Shown: piece after piece, positions 39,456-47,992 of the stretch
Numbering within the stretch: position 1 is the stretch's first letter
Layout of the letters: the number at the start of each line of letters is the position of its first letter
NCBI GenBank assembly: GCA_963422735.1
Contig: OY730476.1
Span: 864,001 to 928,000, forward strand
Source of the DNA: Candidatus Latescibacterota bacterium
GTDB lineage: Bacteria; Latescibacterota; UBA2968; UBA8231
Direction: 5' to 3'
Length of the DNA stretch: 64,000 nucleotides
The notes under the pieces: generated by a model
The model's input: only the letters and a program-made list of their open reading frames with translations
Told to the model about the DNA's origin: nothing
Databases searched by the model: none
Translations under genes and position numbers: made by a program

Positions 39456-40205
39456 ATGGAGGTTGCACACTCATTTGCCGATGAACAAAAAAGAACCCCG
39501 AATGCTCCAACCGGCGAGCAAGGCTCGTCCGCTGCGGCTACTCTGCCGCCCCCATTGGAAAACGGCGATCGGCTCACGCGGGAGGAGTTTGAGCGACGCT
39601 ATGAGGCCATGCCCGACGTAAAGAAGGCAGAACTGATCAATGGAGTCGTATATATGGGTTCACCTGTTCGCTTTCGTGGTCATGGCAGACCGCACGTTCT
39701 ACTGCTCACTTGGCTAGGGATGTATAGTGCGCTCACGCCCGGGGTTCTTTGTGCGGATAACACCACAGTTCGCCTCGGGGCAGATAGCGAGCCGCAACCG
39801 GATGTCTTGCTGCGCCTAGAGCCAGAAACGGGTGGAAATTCGCGGATTAGTGCAGACGATTATGTGGAAGGCGCACCAGAGTTGTTGGCCGAAATCGCGG
39901 CTAGTAGTGCCTCGTACGATATGCACGATAAAATGGACGTCTATCGCCGCAGCGGAGTACAGGAATATCTCGTCTGGCGCGTGTACGACGAGCAGATTGA
40001 CTGGTTCGCTCTTCGTGACGGTGTGTACATCCGTCTGAGGCCCGATGAGTCTGGCGCGATTTCCAGTCGGGTATTTCCGGGGCTGCGGTTGTCCCTGTCC
40101 GCATTGTTGATGGGCAATGCGGCTCAGGTCGTGGCCGAGTTGCAGAAAGGACTGGGGACGGCCGAGCACACCGCGTTTGTCACCCGCCTCGGAGAACATA
40201 GATGA
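39456..40205 (+). CDS. Uma2/DUF820 PD-(D/E)xK nuclease inside the cas operon
   Basis: LENGDRLTREEFERRY, AELINGVVYM.SP, QPDVLL, PELLAEIAASS, GVQEYLVW; RBS GGAGG at 39443; frame is open back to ATG 39324. Confidence 0.87.
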   Translation: MEVAHSFADEQKRTPNAPTGEQGSSAAATLPPPLENGDRLTREEFERRYEAMPDVKKAELINGVVYMGSPVRFRGHGRPHVLLLTWLGMYSALTPGVLCADNTTVRLGADSEPQPDVLLRLEPETGGNSRISADDYVEGAPELLAEIAASSASYDMHDKMDVYRRSGVQEYLVWRVYDEQIDWFALRDGVYIRLRPDESGAISSRVFPGLRLSLSALLMGNAAQVVAELQKGLGTAEHTAFVTRLGEHR

Positions 40206-41533
40206 CCAGTACCAATACCAGCAAAAAAGCACTAGTGCTGACTGTCGGCACGGGTAACGTCAATGACGTCGAGCGGACCTTGCTCGGGCCTATGCTTTTG
40301 AGCATTCGGGACGGCAAATGGGAGCGGATCGTCCTGCTTCCCTCTCACGAGACGCAAGAGGCTGCACAAGTCCTGTCCAAACGACTACAAGAAGAAAGCT
40401 ATTCCAACACCGCCATTGAGACGCTCCCTAAGCAGGGGCAGGAAAACGACGCCGATGCCTGTTTCGGGCATTTTGATTCCGCGTTGGCCCGGCTCGTCAA
40501 AAAGGGCTTTAAGCCGAACGATATTGTCGTGGACTTCACCCGGGGGACCAAGGCGATGAGCGCGGCCTTGGTGCTGGCGGCGATCGGCCGCGACATTCCG
40601 ATCCTGCGCTACGTTCACAGCGAGCAGTGCGGCGACGATCGCGGCATGGTCATCCCCGGCACCGAGAAGATCGGCGAGATCCAGACGACCTTGGCGACCG
40701 CACGCCGCCGCCTCGATCAGGCGAAAAATTTTACGCGCCAAGGCGACTTTGGCGCGGCCGTCGAACTGCTGCCCGATCTCGATGGACCTCTCGCCGGATT
40801 GTTTCCAGAGAAGTTGCGTACAGAAGCCCAAGCCCTGCGTGCAGCAGCGCGAATCTACGCTGCTTGGAATCGGCTCAACTACAAAACGGCACTCAAAGAG
40901 ATGAAGCAGCTTGGACCGACAGCAGCCAAGGCGGGCGAGTTCGCTCCCACGCCAGCAATGCGTACATGGCTCACGCGGCTGGCGAAAAAACCCGACCAAG
41001 CTAACCACACGGCGATGGCGGCGTATCTGCGGGCACTAGCCTGCGATCTGCTGGCCAACGCGGAACGGCGTCTTCGCGACGGGCATTTTGAGGACGCCCT
41101 GATTCGCGCTTACCGGGTGCTGGAACTGATCGGGCAGATCCGACTGTTCGACCAGGGCTACGACAGTGCCGCCCTGCCGTCGGATGATAAAACGATTGAG
41201 GCACTGCGCAAGAAACTGCGCAAGAAGAAGAGCAACAACTTCAGTACAGACGGAAAAACGGGGAAGTTGCAAGCACCCCGCGATTTGACCGCTCGGCTAC
41301 TGAACGATCTCGGCGACCCTCTCGCCAAACGATTGCTCAATTTCGCCGAGCAAGGCAAAGTTAAAACCAAAAGCCGCAACCACAGCATCCTGATCCACGG
41401 CTTTGCGGCCACCGCGCCAGCAGAAAAAGACCCTTTATGCGAGGTTTTGGCCAACCTCGAAAGCCTGCTGAACGAGGATGATCCAAAGGCCGGCGAGCGG
41501 CTAAAGGTGGCCAGAAGCTTGTCGTTTTCCTAA
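40202..41533 (+). CDS. CARF-domain cOA effector with C-terminal HEPN-like motif (TIGR02710/Csm6-like)
   Basis: LVLTVGTG, VDFTRGTKAMS (CARF), DLLANAERR, YRVLEL, RNHSILIHG (R-X6-H). Confidence 0.87.
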   Translation: MTSTNTSKKALVLTVGTGNVNDVERTLLGPMLLSIRDGKWERIVLLPSHETQEAAQVLSKRLQEESYSNTAIETLPKQGQENDADACFGHFDSALARLVKKGFKPNDIVVDFTRGTKAMSAALVLAAIGRDIPILRYVHSEQCGDDRGMVIPGTEKIGEIQTTLATARRRLDQAKNFTRQGDFGAAVELLPDLDGPLAGLFPEKLRTEAQALRAAARIYAAWNRLNYKTALKEMKQLGPTAAKAGEFAPTPAMRTWLTRLAKKPDQANHTAMAAYLRALACDLLANAERRLRDGHFEDALIRAYRVLELIGQIRLFDQGYDSAALPSDDKTIEALRKKLRKKKSNNFSTDGKTGKLQAPRDLTARLLNDLGDPLAKRLLNFAEQGKVKTKSRNHSILIHGFAATAPAEKDPLCEVLANLESLLNEDDPKAGERLKVARSLSFS

Positions 41534-41544
41534 GGAGCAGCGTC

Positions 41545-42582
41545 TTGCTCACCCTGTACGTCACCGAACCGGCCGCCGTCGTCCGCCGCTCGGCCGGCTC
41601 CATCATCGTCACGCTCGACAAAGACCCCGACGGGTCGGGACCGCTGCCCGAGCGTCGCCGCCGCTTAATTGAGGTTGAGCCGCACCGCCTAGAGCTGATC
41701 GCGCTGGTGGGCCGTGCCCACATCACCTTAGACGCGACGCGGCTCTGCTTAGAGCAGGGCATTGCGATCGCTTGGTTTCGCAGGAACGGCGACTTCGTGG
41801 GTCGGCTCGTTCCGGAGCTATCGCGCACGGCAGATCTCCGCTTGGCCCAGTTTCGCCTAGCCGACGACGAGCGCCAAGCACTGCCGCTGGCCCAGACTTT
41901 TGTCGCGGCCAAACTCCACAATGCCGTAGGCGTACTCGCGGCCCTGCGCTCCAACCGCCGCAACGAGCCGACCTTGGGCCGCGCCATAACCGAACTCAAG
42001 GCCCTAGCCGCCAAGGTTTCCCAAACCTCTACCCGCGAGGTCTTGCTCGGGTTTGAAGGCGACGCCGCCCGCCGCTATTTCTCGGGCCTCAAAATCGGCT
42101 TCACCAGCGACATCCGCTTTACCGGCCGGGTCCGCCGGCCGCCGCCGGACCCGGCCAACGCCCTGCTCTCGTTTGGCTATGTGCTGTTGGCCAATGCCCT
42201 CGCCAGCCTGTTGGAGGCCCGCGGCTTTGACCCGTATCTCGGCTTCATGCACGTGGTGCGTTCTGGTCGGCCCAGCTTGTCCCTCGACCTGCTCGAAGAG
42301 CTGCGGCATCCGGTCGTCGATCGCTTTGTCTTGCGGGCCTGCAACTTGCGCCAACTGCGGCCCACGCACTTTGAGGCTGATCCAAAGCGGGGCGGCGTAC
42401 GGCTTACGCAAGCTGGATTGCGTATTTTCTTTTCTATTTGGGAAACGTTTATGGATACTCCCCTACCTGGAATTGGAGACAACATTTCGCCGGAAGACTT
42501 GATCCGCCGTCAGGCCGACCGCCTAGCCGATCATGTGCGTGGACGCGAGCCATACCAGCCCTTGCTTCTGCGCCGCGTATAA
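41545..42582 (+). CDS. cas1: CRISPR-associated integrase Cas1
   Basis: TLYVTEP, GFEGDAARRYF, RRPPPDPANALLSFGY, GFDPYLGFMH, SLSLDLLEELR; TTG after AAGGAG. Confidence 0.95.
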   Translation: MLTLYVTEPAAVVRRSAGSIIVTLDKDPDGSGPLPERRRRLIEVEPHRLELIALVGRAHITLDATRLCLEQGIAIAWFRRNGDFVGRLVPELSRTADLRLAQFRLADDERQALPLAQTFVAAKLHNAVGVLAALRSNRRNEPTLGRAITELKALAAKVSQTSTREVLLGFEGDAARRYFSGLKIGFTSDIRFTGRVRRPPPDPANALLSFGYVLLANALASLLEARGFDPYLGFMHVVRSGRPSLSLDLLEELRHPVVDRFVLRACNLRQLRPTHFEADPKRGGVRLTQAGLRIFFSIWETFMDTPLPGIGDNISPEDLIRRQADRLADHVRGREPYQPLLLRRV

Positions 42583-42593
42583 GGAGCGTTGCT

Positions 42594-42881
42594 ATGTCTC
42601 ATTATGTCGTCTGCTACGATGTGGTCGATAACCGCCGCCGCTACAAGGTGGCCGCTTGTCTGGATGCCTATGGCGACCGCGTACAGGACAGCGTGTTTGA
42701 ACTGCCGATTGATCGGGCGTTTTTGGACAAGTGCATCGCCGAACTGGCAGGTTTGATCGATGCGGACAAAGACAACATCGCCGTCTATCGCCTCTGCGCT
42801 GCTTGCGCGACCGAGCGTTTCTATCTTGGGACGGGCGAAGAGGCCATGCGCATCGGAGATGAGAAGGTCTTTATTGCCTGA
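42594..42881 (+). CDS. cas2: CRISPR-associated Cas2
   Basis: YVVCYDV..NRRR.KVA..L..YGDRVQDSVFE, D.I.VYRLC..C. Confidence 0.95.
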   Translation: MSHYVVCYDVVDNRRRYKVAACLDAYGDRVQDSVFELPIDRAFLDKCIAELAGLIDADKDNIAVYRLCAACATERFYLGTGEEAMRIGDEKVFIA

Positions 42882-43078
42882 GTGTCATTCGTAACCATTG
42901 CTCCCTCCACAAACGAGCGGAGGTTACGAATTTGACTAACCCGTTGAATTTCTTACTTTTATGCTTCACGCACTCACACGGACGCCACCTTGGCAATCAG
43001 CTTTTGCACTTCCACCCACTGGGTTACGAAAAACGTCCCAGCAAAGCCTTGTGAGACAGGCAGATAGCTGGCACAGGG
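42882..43078 (+). promoter_or_regulatory. CRISPR leader
   Basis: Relatively AT-rich 197 bp between cas2 and repeat 1, with repeated GGTTACGAA motifs. Confidence 0.75.
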
Positions 43079-44124
43079 GTGTGAAGTGCTGCCCCGCTTA
43101 TCAGGGGATTGAAACGAGAGAAGAGTCAGTTTCTCTCTCCACCGCGGAGTGGTGTGTGAAGTGCTGCCCCGCTTATCAGGGGATTGAAACGGATAGGGCG
43201 GCGTGCTCAATGACGTTCGTCATGCCATGCCCGGTGTGAAGTGCTGCCCCGCTTATCAGGGGATTGAAACTCAAGCTCAAGCCGAAAATCAAGGCGTTTG
43301 ACCTTAACCACTTCAGTGTGAAGTGCTGCCCCGCTTATCAGGGGATTGAAACTCTGCAATAGCCTCCCAGTCTTTTGTTCCCAGTGCTAGGGTTCGTGTG
43401 AAGTGCTGCCCCGCTTATCAGGGGATTGAAACCGGAAACTTCGCGTCGTTGGCCAACGCCAACGCCAGGGCGGTGTGAAGTGCTGCCCCGCTTATCAGGG
43501 GATTGAAACGAGAGCTTCCTGACGCTCGGCGTTATCGCGAACTTCGTGTGAAGTGCTGCCCCGCTTATCAGGGGATTGAAACCTACTAATGCCGGATCTT
43601 TCAATCCAGCAAGAAATTCGTGTGTGAAGTGCTGCCCCGCTTATCAGGGGATTGAAACTGGCGGCCCATCAGATATAGAATCCGCGAGTGAAAAATCGGT
43701 GTGAAGTGCTGCCCCGCTTATCAGGGGATTGAAACCTCCTCGGGGTCGGCCAGGTAACGGACTTCGTCGCCGCGGTGTGAAGTGCTGCCCCGCTTATCAG
43801 GGGATTGAAACTTGATATCGCCGGCTTGCTCGGAATCGATTTCAAGCGCGCGGTGTGAAGTGCTGCCCCGCTTATCAGGGGATTGAAACATACTGTGCGT
43901 TGTTCATCTGTGTGCTCCCTTGCGTTGGGTTGGGTGTGAAGTGCTGCCCCGCTTATCAGGGGATTGAAACCTTATCTTGTCTTCGCTCCATAATTCCAGG
44001 CAAGCTTTCCGTGTGAAGTGCTGCCCCGCTTATCAGGGGATTGAAACCTTATCTTGTCTTCGCTCCATAATTCCAGGCAAGCTTTCCGTGTGAAGTGCTG
44101 CCCCGCTTATCAGGGGATTGAAAC
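43079..44124 (+). CRISPR. CRISPR array: 14 identical 37-nt repeats, 13 spacers of 36-45 nt
   Basis: GTGTGAAGTGCTGCCCCGCTTATCAGGGGATTGAAAC starting at 43079, 43154, 43234, 43316, 43396, 43473, 43546, 43622, 43699, 43775, 43853, 43934, 44011, 44088; ATTGAAAC 3' end gives the orientation. Confidence 0.99.
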
Positions 44125-44186
44125 AAAACCGTAGAGGCCGCCCCTATGGCTACCCTAACCATTCCTTTTCTTGTAACTTCCCCTTT

Positions 44187-45023
44187 ATGGATTGGCGCGA
44201 CTTCCTCAAATTCCTGCTCTCTGGTGTTCAGATAAAAGCGTGGCAACTACGGCTGGAAACGCCCGAAGTCCAAGCGACTACGCCGATGTTGCGGGGCGTC
44301 TGGGGACGGGCATTGCGGCATTTGGACGAGAAAGCGTATCGACGGGTATTCACCGGCGACCCACTAGGGCACCGGCGCATCCTCCGCTACATCCTGCGGC
44401 CGGCACCGCCCGACCCAGCCACCGCACCGGCCATTGAGTGGATCCTGCTCGGCGTAGAAGAGCACTTAGAGGACGTGTTATGGCGGGCTTGGGATGTGGC
44501 GGCCGGCATGGGGCTGGGGCCGCAGCGCGTACCATTCCGCATCCGAGCGCGGCTGCCGCTGGGCGCAGACTGCTGGAACCTAGCCGCTGCAGACTGGCCC
44601 CTGCCCGGCTGTCCGGCCACCACCCCCTGCCGCCTCCATTTCCCTACCTCCGTGCGCTTGCTCCGCCGCGGACACCTACTCACCGCTCCCAATGCAGAGG
44701 ACCTAGCCAAAGCGGCTGTGCGCCGCATCGCCGGGCTAGCGGGCATAACCGGTGGAGCCGATTATAGCTACTTAATACAGGCCGTCAGTCAACAGGCCGC
44801 CGGCCTAGAAGCCGCCCTTTGGCGCGGGCAGCGGCTCGACTTTGTGCGCTGGTCCGCTAGCCAACAGCGAGAGCTGAACATGCACGGCGTGGCCGGCGAT
44901 TTAAGTCTTCCGACCGGCCTCGGCCCACTCTGGCCGTTATTCGCCGCCGCTTGCTGGACCCACATTGGCAAAGGCACGATCTTTGGGCTAGGCCAACTAC
45001 ACATCACAAAAAATGGCGAGTAA
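44187..45023 (+). CDS. cas6: CRISPR pre-crRNA endoribonuclease Cas6
   Basis: MLRGVWGRAL, C-terminal G-loop HIGKGTIFGLG; directly after the array. Confidence 0.87.
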   Translation: MDWRDFLKFLLSGVQIKAWQLRLETPEVQATTPMLRGVWGRALRHLDEKAYRRVFTGDPLGHRRILRYILRPAPPDPATAPAIEWILLGVEEHLEDVLWRAWDVAAGMGLGPQRVPFRIRARLPLGADCWNLAAADWPLPGCPATTPCRLHFPTSVRLLRRGHLLTAPNAEDLAKAAVRRIAGLAGITGGADYSYLIQAVSQQAAGLEAALWRGQRLDFVRWSASQQRELNMHGVAGDLSLPTGLGPLWPLFAAACWTHIGKGTIFGLGQLHITKNGE

Positions 45024-45096
45024 AGAGCAGCCCCTTGCTGAAGAAGGAACCTCTCTACTCGCCATCTTTTAATGCATTGCGTACCGGCCGCGCTGC

Positions 45097-46284
45097 CTAT
45101 ATAACCCCCCCAGCCCGCAGCTGTTCCATCTCCCCTTGCGTCAGCCCCAAGACGCCGCTTAAGACCTCTTCAGTGTGCTGCCCCAACAAAGGCGCTGACC
45201 CGCGCAGCTCGACCGGCGTCGCGGAAAACCGCAGCGGCGAGTTGGCCACTGCTTGCCGACCCGCGACCGGGTGCTCCAGCTCGACGATCATCCCTCGCGC
45301 CGCCACCTGCTCATCGCCAAAGACCTGCCCCACATCGCACAACGGCCCGCTCGGTACGCCGACTGCAGCTAGTATGGAACACCATTCATCAACAGTTTTC
45401 TCAGCCAATACCCCCTCTAATACTGGCTCTAAGACTGCGTGATTCTCGGTGCGGAGCGCGTTGTTGGCAAAGCGTGGGTCGTCGGCCAACGCGCCGAGGC
45501 CCAAGGCGTCGCAGAGTTGGTGCCAGAGCCGGTCATTGCCCGCGGCAATGACGATGTACCCATCGCAGGCGGCGAAGAACTGGAAAGGGGTAATGGCCGG
45601 ATGCCGCGATCCGAGCGGCTTGGGCACTTCGCCGGATACGGCGTAGCGGGCGAGGGCGTTTTCCAGCAGTGCCACCTGACAGTCGAGCATGGAAATATCG
45701 ACTTGTTGCCCCTCGCCGGTGCGTCGCGCCCGCTCTAAGGCCGCGAGGATACCAATGGCCCCAAAGAGAGCCGCGCTCAAGTCGGCAATCGACGAGCCGA
45801 CCCGGACCGGCGGACCGTCGGGCTGCCCGGTGATGCTGGCCAGCCCCCCCATCGCCTGAATGAGCACGTCGTACGCAGGCCGCTGCGAGTACGGGCCGGT
45901 CTGGCCAAAACCCGAAATCGACGCATACACCAAGCGCGGATACAGCGCGTGTAGATCCGCGTACCCCAACCCAAAGCGATCCATGCTGCCGGGGCGAAAG
46001 TTTTCAATCAACACGTCGCACTCGCCGGCCAAACGCCGCGCCAAGTCCTGGCCCCGCACCTGCCGCAAGTCGATCGTCGCGCTCTTCTTGCCGCGGTTGA
46101 CGCTGGCAAAGTACGCACTCTCGCCGTTTTGGAACGGCCCGAACCCCCGCGCCTCGTCGCCTGTGCCCGGCAGCTCGACCTTGATCACTTCCGCGCCCAA
46201 GTCGGCCAACACCATGGACGCGTATGGACCGGCCAAGACCCGCGTCAAGTCGAGCACCCGCACGCCGTCCAATAAATGTTCCAT
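45097..46284 (-). CDS. CaiB/BaiF family III CoA-transferase
   Basis: VLDLTRVLAGPY, NRGKKS, ENFRPG, SISGFGQTGP, APLLGQHT. Confidence 0.92.
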   Translation of the reverse strand: MEHLLDGVRVLDLTRVLAGPYASMVLADLGAEVIKVELPGTGDEARGFGPFQNGESAYFASVNRGKKSATIDLRQVRGQDLARRLAGECDVLIENFRPGSMDRFGLGYADLHALYPRLVYASISGFGQTGPYSQRPAYDVLIQAMGGLASITGQPDGPPVRVGSSIADLSAALFGAIGILAALERARRTGEGQQVDISMLDCQVALLENALARYAVSGEVPKPLGSRHPAITPFQFFAACDGYIVIAAGNDRLWHQLCDALGLGALADDPRFANNALRTENHAVLEPVLEGVLAEKTVDEWCSILAAVGVPSGPLCDVGQVFGDEQVAARGMIVELEHPVAGRQAVANSPLRFSATPVELRGSAPLLGQHTEEVLSGVLGLTQGEMEQLRAGGVI

Positions 46285-46285
46285 C

Positions 46286-47992
46286 TCAACCTCCTTGGGG
46301 CGCGGCGAGCAAACCGGCCCCTTCGCCGGGCACGGCTACTGCTAGCTCCGGCTCACAGCCCAGCTCCGATCGCAACATCTTTGCAAATGCGGCGCGGCGT
46401 TCCCCATCTAAGAACGCACGGTGAACCAACCCGCCAATGTTGCCGCCCCAGCCAGCACCTAGCCGCTGCACGGCCCCCGCCGTTGGTCCCTCGGCAGTGA
46501 GAAACCGATTGACCGCACGCACGGTCCGATCATAGGCCGGCGTCATCCGTCCGTAGCCCCCTCGCAAAAAGCGCAGTTGCGCTCGCTCTTCCCCGCGCTC
46601 GGCTCGCTCTATAAGCTGAGCCAAGACCTCGTCTCCGACTTCCCGATCCAGATCGCCGTCGTGCGAAATGCGGATCAGTTCCAAAGCCGTGGCTATATCG
46701 CCCGCCTTGAGGCATTCGAGCATACCGGCCACCCGATCCTGCTCGGCCAAGCCATAAACACAGCGCCGGCGGATAAACAAAGGCGTGTCTTCGGACAGGA
46801 ACTGGAACTTGCCGGCAATATCCCGCTGGTACATTTCCTCAAAGTGCTCTCTGACCCCGGCAGCCTGCGCTTCCGCCGCAACCTGCGCCAGACTGGTCTT
46901 TTTCGGCATCTGACCCAAGACCCGGTACAGCCCGGGGAGCGATAGCCCCAGCGGCTCGGGCGCAATATCTCGGAGATAGCGGACGCGCTCGCACACGGCG
47001 TGACTTTTGCCCAGTCGCGGCAAAATCAGCTCGCGGGCGATAAATGTGCCGAGCGGATAGGCGATGACCGTCTCTTCCTTGACGGCCTCGTCGTATTTGC
47101 GGACGACGCCGCTGTCGAGCACTAGGGCTGCGTACTCGTCGGGCAACGCGGCCTCGCCTTGTACGCGAGCCGGAAAGACGCCGACGCCGACTAACTTGCC
47201 CGCCCGGCCCAAGATCATCCCTCCGTGGTCGGCCGTGCCGCCGTGCGTACCGCGCATCCACTCGGAGGTGCCTAACCCATCGACCAAGTCCGCTTCAGGC
47301 ATATCGAGGCGCGGCACCAATCCGTGAACCCCCATCGCCGCCAGCGCCGTTGCCACCACCAGTGCCGAGGACGAGCTCATGCCCCCGCTAGGCGAAACAT
47401 TGCTCCACACTAGCCCATCGAAGCCGCCCAAAGCCACGCGACCGCGAAAATAACTCTCCAAATACACGAGCTGCCCCGCGACCAGCACCGACCAATCGCT
47501 GGCCAAGGCACTACCCGTGTGCTCCAAGCGCTGGCGGCAAACTTGGCCCGCGTAATCCATCAGCGCCTGCCGCTCGGCCACGCGGGCCTTCGGTAGGATT
47601 TCCTCCAAGTCTAGCTCAATGGGCGCGAAGCGATCTACGGGCGCACCCGGACTACGCAGGAAGCTGGCCAGCCGCACCTGTCGGCTGGAGGCGGCCCGCG
47701 CCACCACCAACGTATCCGCGCCGCGCACGGCCATCCGCACCGAGGGCATGCCTCCGTAGTCAATGTGCATCCCCATGACGTTCATCTGCCCGGGGCAACG
47801 CGCCACTACCAAGCGGCCCCCGCAGCCGTAGCGAGCGGCAAAGTGCCGCAGGGCCTCCAAGTAGTTGGCCCGCCAAGCCGCCACCTGTTCCCGCCCGTAG
47901 ATCCTCCCTAACTCGCAGTCGAAGCAGCCCTGCTCAATGGCAGTCTCCCACTGGGATAGACTAGCTGTATAGGGATTGTTAGAGCGCACCAT
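46286..47992 (-). CDS. GHMP kinase, galactokinase-like
   Basis: CPGQMNVMGMHIDY, VSPSGGMSSSSA, GTADH, QRLGAGWGG. Confidence 0.8.
   Translation of the reverse strand: MVRSNNPYTASLSQWETAIEQGCFDCELGRIYGREQVAAWRANYLEALRHFAARYGCGGRLVVARCPGQMNVMGMHIDYGGMPSVRMAVRGADTLVVARAASSRQVRLASFLRSPGAPVDRFAPIELDLEEILPKARVAERQALMDYAGQVCRQRLEHTGSALASDWSVLVAGQLVYLESYFRGRVALGGFDGLVWSNVSPSGGMSSSSALVVATALAAMGVHGLVPRLDMPEADLVDGLGTSEWMRGTHGGTADHGGMILGRAGKLVGVGVFPARVQGEAALPDEYAALVLDSGVVRKYDEAVKEETVIAYPLGTFIARELILPRLGKSHAVCERVRYLRDIAPEPLGLSLPGLYRVLGQMPKKTSLAQVAAEAQAAGVREHFEEMYQRDIAGKFQFLSEDTPLFIRRRCVYGLAEQDRVAGMLECLKAGDIATALELIRISHDGDLDREVGDEVLAQLIERAERGEERAQLRFLRGGYGRMTPAYDRTVRAVNRFLTAEGPTAGAVQRLGAGWGGNIGGLVHRAFLDGERRAAFAKMLRSELGCEPELAVAVPGEGAGLLAAPQGG

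Noticed and set aside
43116-44087. Self-targeting spacers
   Set aside because: No match found in this window by eye; a proper search is still needed.
44165-44198. Possible degenerate 15th CRISPR repeat (CCCCTTTATGGATTG) overlapping the cas6 start
   Set aside because: The alignment needs several gaps and cannot be distinguished from chance.
42961-44246. Short ORFs across the CRISPR array, and the 44118 start for cas6
   Set aside because: Translations of repeats and spacers; the TTG at 44118 lies within the last repeat.
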